From: Patescibacteria group bacterium
GTDB lineage: Bacteria > Patescibacteriota > Minisyncoccia > Phycocordibacterales > PALSA-1337
NCBI GenBank assembly: GCA_018971685.1
Contig: JAGXAG010000001.1
Span: 90,396-154,395 of the forward strand
Direction: 5' to 3'
DNA: 64,000 nucleotides
The notes beneath the pieces were generated by a model that saw only the letters and a program-made list of their open reading frames with translations, ran no database searches and was not told the origin of the DNA. This document shows positions 1 through 9,515 of this stretch, piece after piece (the stretch's first letter is position 1; each line of letters opens with the position of its first letter). The position numbers and the translations under genes were made by a program.

Positions 1-4
1 GGTC

Positions 5-538
5 TTGATCGGCATATTCGCTTTGGCGGGACTCATATTCTGGTGGCGGCGCACTTCCACAGGCAAACGGTTCGACCATTTTTTGATATTGAAATTGCCG
101 GTCTTAGGATCTTTGGTCCAGGAAGTAAATGCGGCGCGAACAGCCCGCACGCTCTCGTCGTTGTTGTCGGCTGGCGTGGATGTGGTCGAGTCGATCCAAA
201 TAACCTCGGAAGTGGTGCAAAATGTGCGCTTCCGCGCGGTACTTTCGCGCGCCAAGGACGCGATCAAAAAAGGCGATTTGATGTCGAAGGTCTTCAGCGC
301 CGGAGATAATCTGTATCCGATTTTCTTATCGGAAATGATGAGCGTCGGTGAAGAGACTGGCAAAATAGGGGAGATGCTTCTGGGAGTGGCGAAATATTAC
401 GAGGATGATATTGAGATCAAAACCAAGGACATGTCTACAATCGTCGAGCCTGTTCTCATGGTTATCATCGCCGCCGCGGTCGGCTTTTTCGCGGTTTCGA
501 TGATTTCGCCCATCTACTCGCTCGTGAGCGCGATGTGA
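5..538 (+). CDS. pilC: Type IV pilus assembly protein PilC / T2SS protein F, C-terminal part (5' end lies outside the window)
   Basis: T2SSF-type motif LSSLLSAGVDVVESI; C-terminal TM helix; followed directly by pilin genes. Confidence 0.75.
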   Translation: MIGIFALAGLIFWWRRTSTGKRFDHFLILKLPVLGSLVQEVNAARTARTLSSLLSAGVDVVESIQITSEVVQNVRFRAVLSRAKDAIKKGDLMSKVFSAGDNLYPIFLSEMMSVGEETGKIGEMLLGVAKYYEDDIEIKTKDMSTIVEPVLMVIIAAAVGFFAVSMISPIYSLVSAM

Positions 539-622
539 TTCTCGGGCCCCAACCTTATTTTTTCTGTACGGCATCGGAATGCAGGAATACATACGTCCGA
601 CATGTGTTACAATTGATGCAAG

Positions 623-2416
623 ATGTGTGACAATTCTAACAAAGGCTTCACATTGATCGAAATATTGGTCGGTGCGGCGGTATTCGTGGTCATAGCCATC
701 GCGGCCTATAATGCATTCGTGTCATTATCTCAGCTCATAAGGCTCGATCAAGACAGAGTGTTGGCCATCGAATTGGCTGACGAACAGTTCGAGATCGCGC
801 GCAATATGCCATACACCAATGTCGGCGTCGAAGGCAGTATACCGAGCGGCAGTATTCCCCATATCCAAACGCTTGTCCGCGGCGGCGTCACATTCACGGT
901 CACGACCATTGTGAGGAATATCGATTTGCCTTTCGACGGTACCGCCGGAGGCGTGCCCAATGACCTGTCGCCGGCTGACAACAAACTGGTGCAAATAACC
1001 GTGTCCTGCGATACTTGTAATAATTTCCAAAATATTGTTTTGACCGGACAAGTTGCGCCCAAGAACTTGGAAGAGGCGTCGACCAATGGTTCGTTGTTCA
1101 TACGCGTTTTTGATGCCAACGGCCAGCCGGTGCAAAACGCGTCCGTCCATGTGGTCAATGTGGCTACGACTACGACAATTGTTATTGACGATGTTACCGA
1201 CGCCAACGGCATGTTGCAACTTGTAGACATTCCGCCTGGGAACAATGCATACCGGGTTACGGTGACAAAAACCGGCTACTCGACTGATCGCACTTACCCA
1301 CCCAATGATCCCACCAACCCCAATCCTTCGAAACCCGACGCAACCGTCGTCGCACAGCAAGTAACCCAGGTAAGTTTTGCAATAGATAAATTGAGCACTT
1401 TGCATTTTTCGTCGGTAACTCCGACCTGCACCCCGGTGGGTAATTTTGCTTTTAATCTTACCGGTGCAAAGCAGATAGGCCAGAATCTTCCGAAATATTC
1501 CGCAAATCAGACAACGGATGCCGGCGGAACGCTTGATCTGAACAATATGGAATGGGATTCCTATACTGTTACGCCGACAGACTCGACTCATTATTTGACG
1601 GGTGTAAACCCGTTGAATCCCGTAGCGTTGAATCCCGGAAGCTCTCAAAATATACAACTGATCGTTGTTCCGCAGGATTCTAATGCGCTTTTAGTGACAG
1701 TGAAAGATTCTTCGACAGGATTGCCGCTTACCGGCGCGGCGGTCGAACTGGCCGGTCCGGGCGGTTATGACAAGACATTAACGACCGGCCAAGGCTTCTT
1801 GTCGCAAACAGATTGGTCCGGTGGACCTGGCCAAGTCGACTTTACCGATAACACGAAATATTTTGCCGATGACGGTAATGTGGATACTTCGACAACGAGC
1901 GGAGATATCGTATTACGGAATGCCTTCGGACAATATAACCAGAGCGGCATGCTGGAGTCGTCCACTTTCGATACCGGCTCCGCCAGCAACTTCTTTTCGC
2001 TTATTTGGTCTCCTACAGATCAACCGCAGCTAGCCGGTCCGAATGCGGTAAAAATGCAATTTGCAACAAATGCCACCATTACACCGACGACCACATGGTC
2101 ATTTATCGGTCCCGACGGTACCGCAGGCAGTTATTATATCTCGTCAATCTCATCGTTAAATGCCATCCATAATGGCAATGAATATGCGCGTTATCGCGTT
2201 TATCTTTCCACAAATACGGCAACCGTCACTCCCAATGTATCCAATGTTGCCTTTACTTATACCTCGGCGTGCGTGCCATCCGGTCAGGTTATATTCACGG
2301 GACTTGCAACCGGTACTTATACCGTGACTGTTTCGAAATCGGGCTATTCCAATTTTACCGTCGCAGTGTCAGTATCGAACGGCTGGCAGGAAGAGCAGGT
2401 GTTGCTCGGGCCGTAA
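623..2416 (+). CDS. Large type IV pilin-like protein with an N-terminal prepilin cleavage/methylation motif
   Basis: N-terminus KGFTLIEILVGAAVFVVIAIAAY is a class III prepilin signal; repeated CarboxypepD_reg-like beta-sandwich segments; T/N-rich. Confidence 0.7.
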   Translation: MCDNSNKGFTLIEILVGAAVFVVIAIAAYNAFVSLSQLIRLDQDRVLAIELADEQFEIARNMPYTNVGVEGSIPSGSIPHIQTLVRGGVTFTVTTIVRNIDLPFDGTAGGVPNDLSPADNKLVQITVSCDTCNNFQNIVLTGQVAPKNLEEASTNGSLFIRVFDANGQPVQNASVHVVNVATTTTIVIDDVTDANGMLQLVDIPPGNNAYRVTVTKTGYSTDRTYPPNDPTNPNPSKPDATVVAQQVTQVSFAIDKLSTLHFSSVTPTCTPVGNFAFNLTGAKQIGQNLPKYSANQTTDAGGTLDLNNMEWDSYTVTPTDSTHYLTGVNPLNPVALNPGSSQNIQLIVVPQDSNALLVTVKDSSTGLPLTGAAVELAGPGGYDKTLTTGQGFLSQTDWSGGPGQVDFTDNTKYFADDGNVDTSTTSGDIVLRNAFGQYNQSGMLESSTFDTGSASNFFSLIWSPTDQPQLAGPNAVKMQFATNATITPTTTWSFIGPDGTAGSYYISSISSLNAIHNGNEYARYRVYLSTNTATVTPNVSNVAFTYTSACVPSGQVIFTGLATGTYTVTVSKSGYSNFTVAVSVSNGWQEEQVLLGP

Positions 2417-2435
2417 TTAATGCGATAATAATACA

Positions 2436-3038
2436 GTGACTTCTCGCGCCTTCACATTGGTCGAAGTAATAGTCGCCATTTCCATAATGGTTATCGTTAT
2501 GGTCGCCGTGGCCGCTTTTGAATACGATGTGCTCGATTATAATCGCCAATCGCAGGAATCTCTGAATAATATCACCGACGCCGAAAACATATTGAAATTC
2601 ATGATCAAGGAATTGCGCACCATGTCGCCATCGGCTTCCGGATCGTATCCTATATTAAATGCCGCAACCAGTACGATCACTTTCTATTCCGATGTTAATG
2701 GCGACGGCGTGAATGATCAAGTTAGGTATTATTTGGCCTCGACCACGCTGTACCGAGGAGTTACGATCCCTTCGGGTACGCCGCCGGTTTACAATTCCGG
2801 CAATGAAACGATCTCGATCATAGCCAATGATGTGCGCAATTCACCGTCTTTTCCGGTCTTTGAATACTTCGACGGCAATTACGACGGAACCACGGCACCG
2901 CTCTCGTATCCGCTGAATCTGGCAGTCATCAGGTTGGTCAAAGTCAACCTGACTCTGGATACTACACCGGACAGGTCGCCGTTGCCGGTAACTTATACTG
3001 CACAAGCAACCCTGCGAAATTTAAAGGATAATTTGTAG
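2436..3038 (+). CDS. Pseudopilin / minor pilin with prepilin N-terminus
   Basis: N-terminus RAFTLVEVIVAISIMVIV prepilin-type methylation motif; 200 aa. Confidence 0.7.
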   Translation: MTSRAFTLVEVIVAISIMVIVMVAVAAFEYDVLDYNRQSQESLNNITDAENILKFMIKELRTMSPSASGSYPILNAATSTITFYSDVNGDGVNDQVRYYLASTTLYRGVTIPSGTPPVYNSGNETISIIANDVRNSPSFPVFEYFDGNYDGTTAPLSYPLNLAVIRLVKVNLTLDTTPDRSPLPVTYTAQATLRNLKDNL

Positions 3039-3085
3039 AAGACGGTTCGATTTCCAATTGACTTGGTTGATCTAATTTCTAAAAA

Positions 3086-4534
3086 ATGACCAAATTTAAG
3101 TTTTTGATCAAAAACGGTAAATCATGCAAAAACGGAGACATTCTGATCTCTGTGCTAGTTTTTTCTGCGATCGCGATCACGGTAACTATTGCTTTGGTAA
3201 ATTGGGCGGCGACAGTGCTTAAGACCACACGGCTTCTGCAGGTTCGTGAACAGGCGTTCCAAATAGCTGAAGCGGGGATAGATTATTACCGATGGCATTT
3301 GGCGCATGCGCAGTCCGACTATCAAGACGGTACCGGCGTTGCCGGGCCATATGTGCACGATTTCACGGACGCGTCCGGCAATATCATAGGCCAATTCTCG
3401 CTCAACATAACGCCGCCGCCGATCGGTTCAACTATCGTAAAAATAAAATCTACCGGCACGGTCTCGTCGAATCCATCGGTGAAAAGGAGTATTTTGGCGA
3501 CAATGGCCATACCGTCTCTGGCAAAATTCGCGGTAGTAGCCAACGATAACATGCGTTTTGGCGCCGGCACGGAAGTTTTCGGACCGGTACAGTCGAATGG
3601 CGGCATAAGATTTGATGGTCTGGCTCACAACCTCATTTCGAGTTCCGAGACAACATACACCGATCCTGATACAGGGTTAACCGAATTTGGAGTTTATACG
3701 ACTGTTACGCCGCAAGATCCGCAACCGCCGGCGGCCGTGCCTTACCGCCCGGATGTGTTTATGGCGGGCAGACAATTCCCGGTGCCGGCTTTCGACTTTA
3801 CGGGACTGACTGTCGATCTGTCGCAAATCAAGGCGAACGCACAATCGGGTGGCGAATATTTCAGTTCTTCGGGTAAGCAAGGTTATCATATAATCTTGAA
3901 AACCAACGATACTTTTGACTTGTACAAGGTGAAATCTTTACAATCGGCTTCGAGCTGGTGTTCGTATTATGATAACGGCCAGGCGAATTGGGGGACATGG
4001 AGTATCAGCCAGCAGCAATTCGTCGGCAACTATCCGTTCCCGGCGAATGGATTGATATTTGTGGAAGATAATTTGTGGATTGACGGACAAATCAACGGTG
4101 CGCGGCTAACGATCGCCGCCGGCCAATTCCCGGACAATCCGACGACCAGGAGAAGTATTACGGTAAATTCGAATTTGGTTTACACGAATTACGATGGATC
4201 GGACACACTGGCGCTAATAGCGCAAGGAGATGTCAATGTGGGGCTTAACAGCGCGGACACTTTGCGAATCGACGGCGCTTTGGTGGCGCAAAACGGCAGG
4301 GTCGGAAGGTATTACTATTCTTCTTATTGCGGCTCGAATTATAAGCGGACCAGTATTACGACGGATGGGATGATCGCGACAAATCAACGGTATGGTTTCG
4401 CTTACACGGACGGCACTGGTTATCAGACGCGTGATATCATTTATGACAGTAATCTTCTTTACGGTCCGCCGCCGTCGTTTCCGCTGACCTCGGACCAATA
4501 TCAGACGATTTCCTGGCAGGAAGTAAGTCCGTAA
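3086..4534 (+). CDS. PilX-like type IV pilus minor pilin / assembly protein
   Basis: N-terminal hydrophobic segment followed by QAFQIAEAGID, resembling the PilX N-terminal domain; sits within the pilus cluster. Confidence 0.45.
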   Translation: MTKFKFLIKNGKSCKNGDILISVLVFSAIAITVTIALVNWAATVLKTTRLLQVREQAFQIAEAGIDYYRWHLAHAQSDYQDGTGVAGPYVHDFTDASGNIIGQFSLNITPPPIGSTIVKIKSTGTVSSNPSVKRSILATMAIPSLAKFAVVANDNMRFGAGTEVFGPVQSNGGIRFDGLAHNLISSSETTYTDPDTGLTEFGVYTTVTPQDPQPPAAVPYRPDVFMAGRQFPVPAFDFTGLTVDLSQIKANAQSGGEYFSSSGKQGYHIILKTNDTFDLYKVKSLQSASSWCSYYDNGQANWGTWSISQQQFVGNYPFPANGLIFVEDNLWIDGQINGARLTIAAGQFPDNPTTRRSITVNSNLVYTNYDGSDTLALIAQGDVNVGLNSADTLRIDGALVAQNGRVGRYYYSSYCGSNYKRTSITTDGMIATNQRYGFAYTDGTGYQTRDIIYDSNLLYGPPPSFPLTSDQYQTISWQEVSP

Positions 4535-4616
4535 TCGGACCTTGAATTAGACAGTGGCTGCAATTACTGTTTTGCGCGGGGCGGCGCAGAGGCCGGGACT
4601 GTGGTAATATATCGGC

Positions 4617-5381
4617 ATGAGTAATAGACGATTGGTGGTGGGAAATTGGAAAATGAATCCGGGCACGCTCGCGGAGGCAAAGAAGATTGCGCGGAAAGTG
4701 AAGAGGGCGGCGGCGGGATTGGAAAAGACGGAGGTGGTAATATGCCCGCCGTTTACTTTTGTGGCGGCGGTAAAGCCGAGGCAAAAGTCGAAAAACTTCG
4801 CATTGGGCGCGCAATCGGTGTCGGTGGAAGAAGGAGTCGGGGCGCATACGGGGGAAGTGAGCGCGGCGATGCTCTCGGATATCGGCGCGGAATTTGCGAT
4901 CGTCGGACATTCGGAGCAGAGGAAAAAGGGCGATACGGACGAAATGGTTGCCCAGCGTTTGAAGGCGGCGCTCGACGGCGGCCTGACGCCGATTGTCTGT
5001 GTGGGCGAAACGGTGCGGGACAAGGCGGGCGCTTACATGGAAGGACTGAAAGATCAGATCAAAAACAGTTTGGCCTTGGCGCCGAAGATCGCGGCGAAAA
5101 ACATCATTATCGCCTATGAGCCCGTATGGGCGATCGGCGCGAAAGAGCCGATGGTGGCGGACCAAATCTACGAAACATCGATTTTCGTAAAGAAGGCGTT
5201 TGCAGACATTTTCGGCTCGGCGAACGGCCTAAAAGTGAGAGTGTTATACGGCGGCGCGGTCAACTTCCGGAACGCTTATGAGATCATGACTGCGGGCAAA
5301 GTCGACGGACTCCTGGTGGGACGCGAGAGCGTCAACACGCCCGGATTTATCGAGCTTTTGAAGGCGGTTGATAGGATTTGA
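4617..5381 (+). CDS. tpiA: Triosephosphate isomerase
   Basis: VVGNWKMN, AYEPVWAIG and GGAV motifs classic of TIM. Confidence 0.95.
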   Translation: MSNRRLVVGNWKMNPGTLAEAKKIARKVKRAAAGLEKTEVVICPPFTFVAAVKPRQKSKNFALGAQSVSVEEGVGAHTGEVSAAMLSDIGAEFAIVGHSEQRKKGDTDEMVAQRLKAALDGGLTPIVCVGETVRDKAGAYMEGLKDQIKNSLALAPKIAAKNIIIAYEPVWAIGAKEPMVADQIYETSIFVKKAFADIFGSANGLKVRVLYGGAVNFRNAYEIMTAGKVDGLLVGRESVNTPGFIELLKAVDRI

Positions 5382-5426
5382 AAAATACGAGTTATCTTGT
5401 TTATAGATTGATTTGCCTTATATACA

Positions 5427-6554
5427 ATGAGATCAATAACTGAAATCGAATATTTCGATGGGGTTAAAATATTGGTGAGAGCGGACTTTAATGTGCCCAT
5501 AAAAAACGGCGCGGTGACTGATGATTTTCGCATAAGGACAGCTTTGCCGACCATTAATTTTCTTTGCGAAAAAGGGGCGAAAGTGATATTGATGAGCCAC
5601 TTAGAAGTCAAAGAAGGCGAAAAAGCAACACTGGCGCCGGTGGCCGAAGTGTTGAAGAAGCTTGGTCGGGAAGTCAAATTCATATCAAACATAAGAGATG
5701 CCAACGAATTCATAGACCATGAATTGGACAACGGCCAATGCGTCCTTTTGGAAAATCTTCGCTTGAATGAAGGCGAGAAGAAAAATGACCGTAAATTCGC
5801 CGAAGAATTGGCTTCGCTGGCCGACATATTCGTTAACGAGGCTTTCTCGGCTTGCCACAGGAAACACGCGTCGATCGTCGGTGTGCCCAAATTCTTGCCA
5901 AGTTATGCCGGTTTTCAGCTGGAAAAAGAAGTCAAGAATCTATCCCAAGCCTTCAACCCAGCGCATCCGTTCATTTTCATTTTGAGCGGCGCCAAATTCG
6001 AGACAAAATTGCCTTTGCTGGAAAAATTCTTGCGGATTGCGGATACGGTTTTTGTCGGCGGCGCGCTGGCTAACGACATATTCAAGGCCAAGGGCTATGA
6101 AACGGGAAGGTCGGTAGTGTCTGATGGAAGCGTTGATTTGTCGAAGTATTTAAGTAATCCGAAATTGACGGTGCCGGTTGATGTTGTTATCGAAAATAAT
6201 GAAATCAAGGCGCCGGATTTATTGGGCAAAGATGAGAAAATAGTCGATGCCGGGCCGGCGACGGTCGAATCGTTGCGCGGAAAAATAAATGCCGCCAAAT
6301 TTATTCTCTGGAACGGGCCGCTGGGGCTCTATGAAGACGGATTCACGGCCGCTACGGCCGGAGTGACGCGAATAGTTGCTGATCATACTTCCGAAAACAA
6401 AAATGTGATGTCGATCGTCGGCGGCGGCGATACGGTCGCGGCCATCGAATCGCTCGGCATTTCCGACAAGTTCACCTTTCTCTCCACCGGCGGCGGCGCG
6501 ATGCTCGATTTCCTCGCCCAAGGCAATTTGCCCGGGATTGAAGCGTTGGGCTGA
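5427..6554 (+). CDS. pgk: Phosphoglycerate kinase
   Basis: VLVRADFNVP N-terminal motif; full-length PGK (375 aa). Confidence 0.95.
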   Translation: MRSITEIEYFDGVKILVRADFNVPIKNGAVTDDFRIRTALPTINFLCEKGAKVILMSHLEVKEGEKATLAPVAEVLKKLGREVKFISNIRDANEFIDHELDNGQCVLLENLRLNEGEKKNDRKFAEELASLADIFVNEAFSACHRKHASIVGVPKFLPSYAGFQLEKEVKNLSQAFNPAHPFIFILSGAKFETKLPLLEKFLRIADTVFVGGALANDIFKAKGYETGRSVVSDGSVDLSKYLSNPKLTVPVDVVIENNEIKAPDLLGKDEKIVDAGPATVESLRGKINAAKFILWNGPLGLYEDGFTAATAGVTRIVADHTSENKNVMSIVGGGDTVAAIESLGISDKFTFLSTGGGAMLDFLAQGNLPGIEALG

Positions 6555-6557
6555 TTG

Positions 6558-6577
6558 ATGCACATGTCGGACATGTG
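6558..6577. terminator. Hairpin between the convergent pgk and HIT genes (putative bidirectional terminator)
   Basis: gcacatg-tcgga-catgtgc, a 7-bp perfect stem followed by gcgaggtttta. Confidence 0.4.
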
Positions 6578-6597
6578 CGCGAGGTTTTAGCGGACTT

Positions 6598-6981
6598 TTA
6601 TTGCACCAAAGCGGCAATAATCTTCTTTTTGTTCTCCTCAAAGTCATCTTTGTCACCATCGACTTCAGGGTTCGGAAACACCCAGATATGCGCGTGGGGA
6701 ACTTCATCGCCGACAATGCGGGAAAGAATCCAGTCAGTGCCAAAAGCTTTTTGTTGCGCCCTGGCGATCTTTTGCGCCACGGCGAAATAATCGCCAATGC
6801 CGCCTTTGCCGGTATTGGGCAGATCCCATACCCAGCGGTAATGTTTTTTCGGAATTACCTGCACATGGCCCGGCGCGCGCGGATGAATGTCTAGAAAAGC
6901 GATGAAATCGTCATCTTCGTAAACAATGTGCGCCGGAATTTCTTTATTGGCGATTTTGCAGAAAATGCAATCGGTTGACAT
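6598..6981 (-). CDS. HIT-family (histidine triad) nucleotide hydrolase
   Basis: N-terminus CIFCKI...; histidine triad HAHIWVFP. Confidence 0.85.
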   Translation of the reverse strand: MSTDCIFCKIANKEIPAHIVYEDDDFIAFLDIHPRAPGHVQVIPKKHYRWVWDLPNTGKGGIGDYFAVAQKIARAQQKAFGTDWILSRIVGDEVPHAHIWVFPNPEVDGDKDDFEENKKKIIAALVQ

Positions 6982-6987
6982 GGGTAT

Positions 6988-7045
6988 AGTATATCATGCA
7001 CCGGTCCGACCGGTGTACACCGGTCGGACCGGTGCATGATATACT
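6988..7045. repeat. Perfect 58-bp palindrome in the divergent HIT/recJ promoter region
   Basis: agtatatcatgcaccggtccgaccggtgta | caccggtcggaccggtgcatgatatact; the right half is the exact reverse complement of the left; TATACT-like ends lie 7-8 nt from each start codon. Confidence 0.9.
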
Positions 7046-7052
7046 CAAACAC

Positions 7053-8801
7053 ATGAAATATTCGATCAGGCGGCAACTTTCGAATGAAGAATTGACTAAA
7101 TTGGCGACATTTCCGCCTCTGGTGGCACATTTGTTATTTCACAGGGGAATATCAGACGGGAACGCCGCGGAAAAATTCATGGTGCCGGATTACGAACGCG
7201 ATACCCATGATCCGTTATTGCTCCAAGATGCCGGTAAGGCCGCCGCGCGTATCATTCAAGCAATAAAGAATGATGAAAAGACGGTGATATATGCAGACTA
7301 TGATGCCGATGGCATACCCGGCGCCGTTATTTTCGACCAACTGTTCAAGAAAATCGGCTTTAAAAATTATTTCGTCTATATTCCGCATCGCCACGACGAA
7401 GGATTCGGCTTGAACGAAGACGCTGTTCTCGAATTTGCGGAGCAGGGAGTGAAGCTCGCGATCACGATCGACTGCGGCATTACCGACAAAACCGCGCTCG
7501 AGCTCGCCTTCGGCAAAGGTATAGATATCATCGTTACCGATCATCACGAGCAGCCAGAAGCCGGATTGCCGCCGGCCTATGCCGTTGTCGATCCCAAAAG
7601 GAACGATTGTGCGTATCCGGACAAGAACATCTGCGGCGCCGGCGTCGCTTACAAACTCATTCAGGCCGTACTCGGCGTCGACAGTTTCGGCATAAAGAAA
7701 GGGTGGGAAAAGTGGCTGCTAGACATGGTCGGCGTCGCTACGCTCTCGGACATGGTGCCTTTGACCGGTGAAAATCGCGTTTTTTCCCATTATGGCCTGC
7801 AAGTCTTGCGCAAATCGCCGCGCAAAGGCCTGAATGAATTGCTCGGCAAGCTCAGGATCTCGAAAAAACATTTGACCGAAGATGATATCGGCTTTATGAT
7901 CACGCCGCGCATCAATGCCGCCTCGCGCATGGGCGTGCCCATGGACGCATTCAATCTTTTGTCGGCCGAAAATGACATCCTGGCGGCCAAATATGCCGAA
8001 CGCCTGGACGCCGTCAACAACGAGCGGAAAGCGGCGGTTGCGGTACTGGTCAAAGAAGTCAAACGGACGATCAGGGAACGGTATGGTGAGAATATCACCG
8101 CCGTGATCGTGCTCGGCAATCCCGTTTGGCGCCCGTCGCTCCTGGGACTTGCCGCCAACACCTGCGCCGCCGAATTCAACCGACCGGTTTTCCTCTGGGG
8201 CCGCGACGGCGGCAATATTATCAAAGGGTCATGCCGCTCCGAAGGCCGCACCAATGTCGTAGAATTAATGCGCGCCGTACCGGGCGGAGTCTTTTCCCAA
8301 TTTGGCGGGCACAAACATTCGGGCGGCTTCGCGGTATCGAACGATCAAGTATATTTTTTGGAAAAACATTTGAACGAAGCCGACGAAAAAACCAAAAACC
8401 AAAAACCAAAAATAAAGAATTCGGAACAAGAAAGCGGCCTTGGCGAAGAGGATTTCATCGACGCGGAGCTGGCTTTGGGAGCCGTTGATTGGGAATTGTA
8501 CGAAGATATTTCCAAATTGGCGCCGTTCGGGAAGGATAATCCGAAGCCGGTATTTTTATTTAGGAATGTAATGCCGGCCGAGGTCAGACGGTTTGGCAAG
8601 GGCAAAGAGCATATAGGCGTGGATTTTAAGCGCCTCAACGGTTCGCGCTTGTCGGCGATTTCATTCTTCGGCGCCGAAAATGAATGGGCCGGCGAAATAA
8701 AAACAGGAAAACCGATTGACATGATCGCTTCACTGGAAAAATCGATATTTAGGGGAAAAATCGAGCTCAGATTGAGAATATTTGATATTATTTCGTTATG
8801 A
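7053..8801 (+). CDS. recJ: Single-stranded-DNA-specific exonuclease RecJ
   Basis: DHH motifs DYDADGIPG, ITIDCGITD, IVTDHH; DHHA1 region; start taken at MKYSIRR (the ORF's upstream ATG lies inside the palindrome). Confidence 0.9.
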   Translation: MKYSIRRQLSNEELTKLATFPPLVAHLLFHRGISDGNAAEKFMVPDYERDTHDPLLLQDAGKAAARIIQAIKNDEKTVIYADYDADGIPGAVIFDQLFKKIGFKNYFVYIPHRHDEGFGLNEDAVLEFAEQGVKLAITIDCGITDKTALELAFGKGIDIIVTDHHEQPEAGLPPAYAVVDPKRNDCAYPDKNICGAGVAYKLIQAVLGVDSFGIKKGWEKWLLDMVGVATLSDMVPLTGENRVFSHYGLQVLRKSPRKGLNELLGKLRISKKHLTEDDIGFMITPRINAASRMGVPMDAFNLLSAENDILAAKYAERLDAVNNERKAAVAVLVKEVKRTIRERYGENITAVIVLGNPVWRPSLLGLAANTCAAEFNRPVFLWGRDGGNIIKGSCRSEGRTNVVELMRAVPGGVFSQFGGHKHSGGFAVSNDQVYFLEKHLNEADEKTKNQKPKIKNSEQESGLGEEDFIDAELALGAVDWELYEDISKLAPFGKDNPKPVFLFRNVMPAEVRRFGKGKEHIGVDFKRLNGSRLSAISFFGAENEWAGEIKTGKPIDMIASLEKSIFRGKIELRLRIFDIISL

Positions 8802-9286
8802 TTAAAATCTTTACGGATGGCTCGTCTCGAGGCAATCCCGGACCGGGAGGGTGGGGAGCAATAGTGCAGATCGAAAGTGAGAAGTCAAAAATGAAAAATG
8901 GCGGTGCGGCGACGAGAGAGCTGGGAGGGAGGGAAAATTCGACGACGAATAACAGAATGGAGTTAAAAGCGGCAATTGAAGCGCTAAGGTATGTTAAAAC
9001 ATTAAATATCGGCAGCGATGAAACGGTGGAAATCAATTCTGACTCGGAATATGTGGTTAAAGGCATGACGCAATGGATCTATGGTTGGAAAAGGAAAGGA
9101 TGGACAGGCAGCGCCAAGAAGCCGGTGATGAACAGGGACTTGTGGGAAGATCTCGATTTGGCCGCTTCAGGACTGAATGTTAGGTGGAATCATGTGGCCG
9201 GCCATTCCGGACATGCGGAAAATGAAAGATGCGATAAAATCGCCACCGATTTTGCCGACGGCAAGGAAATCGAACTGCAAGAATGA
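8798..9286 (+). CDS. rnhA: Ribonuclease HI
   Basis: MIKIFTDGSSRGNPGPGGWGAIV and C-terminal HSGHAENERCD motifs. Confidence 0.9.
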   Translation: MIKIFTDGSSRGNPGPGGWGAIVQIESEKSKMKNGGAATRELGGRENSTTNNRMELKAAIEALRYVKTLNIGSDETVEINSDSEYVVKGMTQWIYGWKRKGWTGSAKKPVMNRDLWEDLDLAASGLNVRWNHVAGHSGHAENERCDKIATDFADGKEIELQE

Positions 9287-9477
9287 TTTCCCCGTAACAA
9301 TATGTTCCGTTCCAACAAGTTCCAAATTGAATCGGGGATTTGGAGGTCGCCGTTTTTCATTTCGCGTAACTCCTTGAAAAGGAACACATTGTTGCGGGGA
9401 AATCATGCGTTTATCGGACAATTCGATGTTATCAAAATGTTATCAGTTCGTAATCGGACCGTAATCTCACTCTGATA

Positions 9478-9507
9478 TCGTTGATCGGATCCTGCGTTCG
9501 GGATCCG
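9478..9507. terminator. Perfect 10-bp-arm hairpin between rnhA and comEC
   Basis: gatcggatcc-tgcgttcg-ggatccgatc followed by ttt. Confidence 0.35.
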
Positions 9508-9515
9508 ATCTTTCG

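Noticed and set aside
4646-5119. Gly/Arg-rich 157-aa ORF and other alternate-frame ORFs within tpiA and comEC (e.g. 10007-10870)
   Set aside because: They lie in alternate frames of confidently identified genes, and their compositions are typical of frame-shifted GC-rich codons.
6996-7052. Upstream ATG extension of the recJ ORF (MHRSDRCTPVGPVHDILKH…)
   Set aside because: The extension lies entirely within the 58-bp palindrome and simply mirrors the reverse strand. The conserved RecJ N-terminus begins at MKYSIRR (7053).
8386-8412. (AAAACC)n tandem repeat in recJ
   Set aside because: It is a short (about 3 unit) in-frame repeat encoding a KTKNQKPK linker in a poorly conserved region. It is probably incidental low complexity.
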